Assembly (NCBI GenBank): GCA_022793875.1
Contig: JAAWDR010000004.1
Location: 4,287-68,286 of the forward strand
Reading direction: 5' to 3'
Origin: Clostridia bacterium
Lineage (GTDB): Bacteria; Bacillota; Clostridia; TANB77; CAG-508
DNA: 64,000 nucleotides
The notes below the pieces were generated by a model. It was given only the letters and a program-made list of their open reading frames with translations, ran no database searches and was not told the origin of the DNA. Below, piece by piece: positions 58,445 through 64,000 of the stretch. The translations under genes and the position numbers were made by a program. Numbering within the stretch: position 1 is the stretch's first letter; every line of letters starts with the position of its first letter.

Positions 58445-58670
58445 TTATTATTTTAGTATTTTTAATTTAGCTTTAAATATAAAAGTTATAATATATAGTA
58501 AAATGCAGTGATGCGTAGTTTGGGATGACACATATTCATACAGATAAGACAGATTAACTCTTCTACATTTAAAATATAAATAAATTTACTTACATGATTA
58601 GTCCAACCAGTAAAGAACGGATTTTTACTATATATTATAACTTTTGTATTAAAAAACAAACTTAAATACT
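58445..58670. repeat. Nested palindromic element family 1, long form (copy 3)
   Basis: Inner IR at 58481-58504 and 58621-58645. Its core aligns with copy 1 (..GATGCGTAGTTTGGGATGACA.. and ..ATGATTAGTCCAACCAGTAAAGAACGGA). Confidence 0.8.
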
Positions 58671-58876
58671 TATATTTTATTTAATATAAAACTCTGAGTT
58701 ATAACAATTTTATTATTTGTTTGTCCAAAATATGCATAAATTTCAAACATTTCAAAAAGACTGTCCCTTTTGGCAATTTTTTGTGTCAAAAAAGGGCGTC
58801 CCCATTGACACGAATTTGACAAACAATGATTTTTTATATAAAATACTACACATAAATAGGTAAAAGGAGCAAAAGT

Positions 58877-61800
58877 ATGGAAAAAATATTACATGTAGGA
58901 CTAGATGTTGGCTCAACAACCATAAAAATAATAGTTATGGATGAACAACAAAATATTATATACAAAAGTTATCAAAGACACTATTCCGATACAAAAAATA
59001 CAATATGTAATGTACTAGAAAACTTAATAAATATATTTCCAGAAAATAAATTTACTCTAGCCCTAACAGGTTCAGGAGCAATGTCTGCAAGCAACTTTTT
59101 AGGAGTATCTTTTATTCAAGAAGTTATATCTTGTAAAAGAGCTGTTGAAAAATACATTCCTGAAACAGATGTTGTAATAGAGCTTGGCGGAGAAGACGCC
59201 AAAATAATATATTTTGATAAATCAATAGAACAAAGAATGAATGGAACTTGTGCTGGTGGAACAGGTGCTTTTTTAGACCAAATGGCATCATTATTACATA
59301 CAGATACAGAAGGTTTAAATGAACTTGCAAAAAACTACAAAACTATATATCCAATAGCTTCAAGATGTGGTGTTTTTGCAAAAACTGATATACAACCTTT
59401 AATAAATGAAGGTGCAGCAAAAGAAGATATTGCAGCCTCTATATTTCAGGCTGTTGTAAATCAAACAATAAGTGGATTAGCTTGCGGAAAACCTATTAGA
59501 GGAACTGTTGCTTTTTTAGGTGGTCCTTTAAATTATTTATCTGAATTGAGAAAAAGGTTTATTGAAACACTTAATTTAGAGCCTGAGGAAGTTATAGTTC
59601 CTAAAGAGGCTCACCTCTTAGTAGCAAAAGGTGCAACTCTTGACTCCCTAAATACAACACCTTTTACAGTACAAAAATTAACTGAAAAAATAGAAAATCT
59701 TAAAAATTCTCATGATAATACAACTGAACCTTTAGAACCATTATTCAAAAATGAAAAAGAATATGAAGAATTTTTAAAAAGACACTCTAAGTCAAAAATT
59801 ATAAAAAAAGATATTTCTACTTATGAAGGCAATTGCTATTTGGGAATCGATGCTGGTTCAACAACTACAAAATTAGTTTTAATAGATAATAATGGAAACC
59901 TTCTATATTCTTTATATAGAAGTAATGAAGGTAATCCTTTAAAAAGTGTTATAGATATGCTTAAAAATGCTTATAATATACTTCCTGAAAAAGCAATTTT
60001 AAGATATAGTGGTGTTACTGGGTATGGAGAAAAATTAATACAAACTGCTTTAAATATTGACTTAAATGAAATAGAAACAATAGCACATTATACAGCTGCT
60101 AAACAATTTGAACCTGATGTTACAGCAATTATAGATATTGGTGGACAAGATATGAAATATATCAAACTAAAAAATGGTAATATAGATAATATCATGTTAA
60201 ATGAAGCATGTTCCTCAGGATGTGGTTCATTTATAGAAACTTTCGCCAAAAGTTTAAAAATAGAAATTTCTGAATTTGTAAAAGAAGCTATACATTCAAA
60301 AAGTCCCGTTGATTTAGGTTCAAGATGTACAGTATTTATGAATTCAAAAATAAAACAATCTCAAAAAGAAGGTTATACTGTTGGAGACATATCAAGTGGA
60401 CTTTCTTATTCTATAATAAAAAATGCTATTCAAAAAGTTATGAAAATTAGGGATACCACCAATTTAGGAAACCACATAGTAGTACAAGGAGGAACCTTTT
60501 ATAACGATGCTGTGTTAAGAGCTTTTGAAAAAATAGTTGGCAAAAATGTTATACGCCCAGACATTTCTGGATTAATGGGAGCATATGGTATAGCTCTACT
60601 TTCTAAAGAACAATATGAATCAAATTTAGATATGGAATATAAATCTACAATATTAAAATCTGATGAACTTGACAAATTAGAAATAGAAATAACACATACA
60701 AGATGTAATAATTGTGAAAATAATTGCAAACTAACAATTAATAAATTTAATAATGGCTCACATCATATATCTGGAAATCGCTGTGAAAAAGGTTCTGGTA
60801 TACTTACTAATAAAAAGAATTTACCAAACTTAGTACAATACAAATATCAACGAATATTTGATTATAAACCATTAGAAAAACAATATTCTGCTAGGGGAAC
60901 AATAGGTATACCAAGAGTTCTAAATATGTATGAAGACTATCCATTTTGGTTCACATTCTTCACAAATTTAGGCTTTAGAGTAATCATTTCGGATAAAAGT
61001 ACTAGAAATACATATGAAAAAGGAATGGAATCTATCCCATCAGAATCAGTTTGCTACCCAGCAAAAATTTCTCATGGGCACATAGAAAATTTAATAGAAA
61101 AAGGAATTACTACTATATTCTATCCTTGTATGCCATATTCAAGAAAAGAATACAAAAAAGTTGACAATCATTATAATTGTCCAATTGTAATTTCATATTC
61201 AGAAGTGCTAAAAAATAATGTTGAAAATTTAAAAACAAAAAATATTAAATTTATAAATCCATTCTTACCTTTTGATATAAAAAACCTTGTTAAAAAAATT
61301 ATGGAACTAGATGAATTTAAGGAATATAATTTTACGAAACAAGAATTAGTTAAAGCTGCTCAAAAAGCAGAAGCTGAATATCAAAAATGTAAGAAAGATA
61401 TACAAAATAAAGGAGCTGAAACAGTAAAATATATTGAAGAAAACAACTTAAAAGGAATTGTTTTAGCTGGAAGGCCCTATCATATAGATCCTGAAATAAA
61501 TCATGGAATAGACACATTAATTACCTCTCTTGGATTATGTGTTTTAACAGAAGATAGTATCTGTAATAAAACAGAAGCAAAACGCCCTATAAGAGTTGTA
61601 GATCAGTGGGTATTTCATGCAAGATTATATGCTGCAGCAGATTTTGTTGGAAAACATGATAACTTAGAATTAATACAATTAAATTCATTTGGATGTGGTG
61701 TTGATGCTGTTACAACTGACCAAGTTGAAGAAATTTTATCAAGTTATGACAAAATGTATACTTTAATCAAGATAGATGAGGTAAATAACTTAGGGGCAGT

Positions 61801-63163
61801 AAGAATTCGTATACGATCATTAATTGCTAGTATGAATAAACGAATTGAAAAAAAGAAAGAAGAAAAAGCCCAAGGTGACTACGGAATTACAAAAAAAATC
61901 TTCACAAAGGAAATGCGAAAAGATTACACTATTCTTTTTCCTCAAATGGCACCAATACATTTTGAATTACTAGAATCTGCAATACAAGAATGTGGATATA
62001 AAATAGAATTATTAAGAGAATGTACTTCTCACACAGTAGAAACTGGTTTAAAATACATAAATAATGACGCCTGTTACCCTTCAATATTAGTTGCAGGTCA
62101 AATGATTGAAGCCTTAGAATCTGGTAAATATGACTTAAATAAAACTGCTTTAATAATGTCACAAACAGGTGGTGGATGTAGGGCAACAAATTATATAGGC
62201 TTTATTAGAAAAGCTCTTAAAGATGCAGGATTTAACAATATACCTGTAATATCCTTTAATGTTGTTGGAATGGAAAAAATGCCTGGATTTAAGCTAACTC
62301 CAAAAATGATTAAAAGACTAATAAAATGTATAATATATGCAGACTTATTACAAAAAATGTTAACAAAAAACAAAGCTTATGAAATAAATACAGGAGAAAC
62401 ACAAAAACTATTTGATGAATGGTTAATAAAATGTAAAAAACTTGTTAGAAAATCGAACACTATACAATTTAAGCAGAGCATTTATGACATAGTAAATGAC
62501 TTTGAAAAAATAGAATTAAATTTGAAGCTTAGAAAGCCTAAAGTTGGAATAGTTGGAGAAGTACTAATTAAATATCATCCTTTTGGAAATAACTTTGTAT
62601 CAGATTTACTTGAAAAAGAAGGTGCAGAAGTAATCTTACCAGATTTTATGGGATTTGTTAAATTTATGGCAACAAATAAAATTACATTTAACAATTTATT
62701 AAATACATATAAAGCATCTTCAAAAATAAGTAAAATAGCAATAAAGATTATTGATGTTCTAGAAAAAGATGTTAAAATTGCATTATTAAAATCTAAGAAA
62801 GGATATTTACAACCTTGTGATATATGGCACTTAGAAAATCAAGTAAAAGATGTTCTATCCATTGGAAATCAAACTGGAGAAGGCTGGTTCTTAACAGCTG
62901 AAATGATTGAATATATCGAAAGTGGCATTCCCAATATTATATGTGTTCAGCCTTTTGCTTGCTTACCAAATCATGTGGTTGGTAAAGGAGTAATAAAAAC
63001 AATTAGACAAAAATATCCTGAAGCTAACATTTCACCTGTAGATTATGATCCAGGTGCTAGTGAAACAAATCAAGCTAATAGAATTAAATTGTTAATGACT
63101 GTTGCTAAAGATAATTTGAATAAACAAGAAAATTCGTATACTAAAAAAAAATCTGATATATAA
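58877..63163 (+). CDS. Fusion protein: two BadF/BadG/BcrA/BcrD-type ATPase (activase) domains plus CoA-enzyme-activase/dehydratase-like domains
   Basis: 1428 aa. Actin-fold starts VGLDVGSTTIKIIV and LGIDAGSTTTKLVLID. Cys cluster CNNCENNCKL..CEKG. This architecture is common in Clostridia. Confidence 0.8.
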   Translation: MEKILHVGLDVGSTTIKIIVMDEQQNIIYKSYQRHYSDTKNTICNVLENLINIFPENKFTLALTGSGAMSASNFLGVSFIQEVISCKRAVEKYIPETDVVIELGGEDAKIIYFDKSIEQRMNGTCAGGTGAFLDQMASLLHTDTEGLNELAKNYKTIYPIASRCGVFAKTDIQPLINEGAAKEDIAASIFQAVVNQTISGLACGKPIRGTVAFLGGPLNYLSELRKRFIETLNLEPEEVIVPKEAHLLVAKGATLDSLNTTPFTVQKLTEKIENLKNSHDNTTEPLEPLFKNEKEYEEFLKRHSKSKIIKKDISTYEGNCYLGIDAGSTTTKLVLIDNNGNLLYSLYRSNEGNPLKSVIDMLKNAYNILPEKAILRYSGVTGYGEKLIQTALNIDLNEIETIAHYTAAKQFEPDVTAIIDIGGQDMKYIKLKNGNIDNIMLNEACSSGCGSFIETFAKSLKIEISEFVKEAIHSKSPVDLGSRCTVFMNSKIKQSQKEGYTVGDISSGLSYSIIKNAIQKVMKIRDTTNLGNHIVVQGGTFYNDAVLRAFEKIVGKNVIRPDISGLMGAYGIALLSKEQYESNLDMEYKSTILKSDELDKLEIEITHTRCNNCENNCKLTINKFNNGSHHISGNRCEKGSGILTNKKNLPNLVQYKYQRIFDYKPLEKQYSARGTIGIPRVLNMYEDYPFWFTFFTNLGFRVIISDKSTRNTYEKGMESIPSESVCYPAKISHGHIENLIEKGITTIFYPCMPYSRKEYKKVDNHYNCPIVISYSEVLKNNVENLKTKNIKFINPFLPFDIKNLVKKIMELDEFKEYNFTKQELVKAAQKAEAEYQKCKKDIQNKGAETVKYIEENNLKGIVLAGRPYHIDPEINHGIDTLITSLGLCVLTEDSICNKTEAKRPIRVVDQWVFHARLYAAADFVGKHDNLELIQLNSFGCGVDAVTTDQVEEILSSYDKMYTLIKIDEVNNLGAVRIRIRSLIASMNKRIEKKKEEKAQGDYGITKKIFTKEMRKDYTILFPQMAPIHFELLESAIQECGYKIELLRECTSHTVETGLKYINNDACYPSILVAGQMIEALESGKYDLNKTALIMSQTGGGCRATNYIGFIRKALKDAGFNNIPVISFNVVGMEKMPGFKLTPKMIKRLIKCIIYADLLQKMLTKNKAYEINTGETQKLFDEWLIKCKKLVRKSNTIQFKQSIYDIVNDFEKIELNLKLRKPKVGIVGEVLIKYHPFGNNFVSDLLEKEGAEVILPDFMGFVKFMATNKITFNNLLNTYKASSKISKIAIKIIDVLEKDVKIALLKSKKGYLQPCDIWHLENQVKDVLSIGNQTGEGWFLTAEMIEYIESGIPNIICVQPFACLPNHVVGKGVIKTIRQKYPEANISPVDYDPGASETNQANRIKLLMTVAKDNLNKQENSYTKKKSDI

Positions 63164-63225
63164 TAAAATATATAGTATACTATAATAGCTTCAGCAAAAT
63201 AAAGTTGATAATGTCCTTCATGGAT

Positions 63226-63260
63226 AAAAAAAGAACAGTAGTCCAGTCCTGTTCTTTTTC
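63226..63260. terminator. Bidirectional terminator
   Basis: AAAAAAGAACAG tagtccagtc CTGTTCTTTTT. Confidence 0.7.
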
Positions 63261-63381
63261 AATTATGAATTAAAAAGTCCAAAAGCTTAATTAATATGAT
63301 AATCTTTAATAGTTTGATATATCCTTCATTTTATTCGTCTCCTTCCAAAGTCAAATAAATTATATAATAAATATTTACTTG

Positions 63382-64000
63382 TTATAAGAATTTTATATTA
63401 TTCTTATTCAAAAAATTTTTCGTTTCATTATATCCCTTTTCATAAAACTCATCAATTTTACTCATATCCAAAAGAGAAACTTTTTCACTTTTTATTTTTA
63501 TTAAACACTCCTCTCCCCTAAGTTCATATTTAGAAAGTTCTTTACACATTAATTCATAAGAACGAGCAGTAACATCAATTAAATTTTTAAAACAACTATT
63601 ATCAACTTCGTTTTCAAAAACAACACTAATAACTTTATCAGCACCTAAAAACTTAACCTCTCTCCAAGGTACATTTTCCCTAATACCACCATCCACTAAT
63701 TTACAATTTTTATAATCACATGGAGAGAAAATAGCAGGAAAACTACAACTTGCTTGAACAGCATTACCAATTTTTACATCATTAACAAAAACAGTATTAT
63801 CAGAAAAAGCTCTCATTTTTAAAGATGTAAAACATACAACTTCACCTGTATTCATATTAACACTTGGAATCGCCAATGGCATTTTTATATCTGAAATATT
63901 ATAAATATCTTTTTTATTACACATTTTATTTATTAATTTATTTATAGATTTCCCAGAATTTAACCCATCAATTATTATACTCCCTGTTGTAATAATTCCA
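63382..64000 (-). CDS. Patatin-like phospholipase, C-terminal part (gene continues past window end)
   Basis: LVDGGIRENVPW (the catalytic Asp DGG motif). The frame stays open upstream of the annotated Met through to position 64000. Confidence 0.7.
   Translation of the reverse strand, partial: GIITTGSIIIDGLNSGKSINKLINKMCNKKDIYNISDIKMPLAIPSVNMNTGEVVCFTSLKMRAFSDNTVFVNDVKIGNAVQASCSFPAIFSPCDYKNCKLVDGGIRENVPWREVKFLGADKVISVVFENEVDNSCFKNLIDVTARSYELMCKELSKYELRGEECLIKIKSEKVSLLDMSKIDEFYEKGYNETKNFLNKNNIKFL

Noticed and set aside
63306-63329. A 7-codon mini-ORF (MKDISNY) with a very strong SD (ggaaggaga) downstream of the patatin gene.
   Set aside because: It is too short and is followed only by a terminator. 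It is most likely the decapitated 5' end of a lost gene, or a chance occurrence.

Overview
AT-rich (about 30% G+C by eye) chromosomal segment of an endospore-forming, Clostridia-like Firmicute (SpoIIE, GerM and a ylxM-ffh-rpsP-khpA cluster are present). Nearly all genes from 0 to 58 kb are on the minus strand. Backbone genes are khpA (partial), rpsP, ffh, ylxM, an SDR, a guanylate-kinase-like gene, a dGTPase-like gene, a DAACS symporter, nagZ (frameshifted), tadA, rpoC, rpoB, an AI-2E transporter, xth, a G5/3D wall protein, lemA, htpX, tatD, acpS, spoIIE, gerM, a 1428-aa activase-type fusion protein and a partial patatin gene. Unusual content: (1) At 8.8-16.8 kb a tandemly amplified locus encodes two ~790-aa proteins with a non-canonical prepilin-like N-terminus and three Trp-rich modules, interleaved with four paralogous ~225-aa secreted proteins. 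The same N-terminal leader and a shared promoter/5' leader recur on two more genes at 29.9 and 43.7 kb. I consider this the best candidate for an undescribed surface system. (2) A ~620-nt ORF-free structured region with its own strong promoter lies directly upstream of a small 4-TM protein, which fits OLE RNA plus OapA. (3) A HepT/MNT toxin-antitoxin cassette with its own hairpins is inserted between rpoB and rpoC. (4) There are two families of nested, imperfect long palindromes, each with short and long forms, including a ~440-bp rod-like foldback upstream of a giant adhesin operon. There is also a dispersed GC-rich TTGGAC/GTCCCAA hairpin motif. (5) A two-gene giant adhesin operon (a likely thioester-domain protein with an IPNTG anchor, plus a DUF11-repeat protein) has no sortase in the window. 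(6) An IS91-family element and a DDE transposase remnant sit next to a compositionally foreign gene end. (7) Three apparent frameshifts affect nagZ, a Fic/Doc-like gene and a pilin-like Big_2 gene. No rRNA, tRNA or CRISPR array was seen. All family assignments come from motif recognition by eye, and no searches were run.
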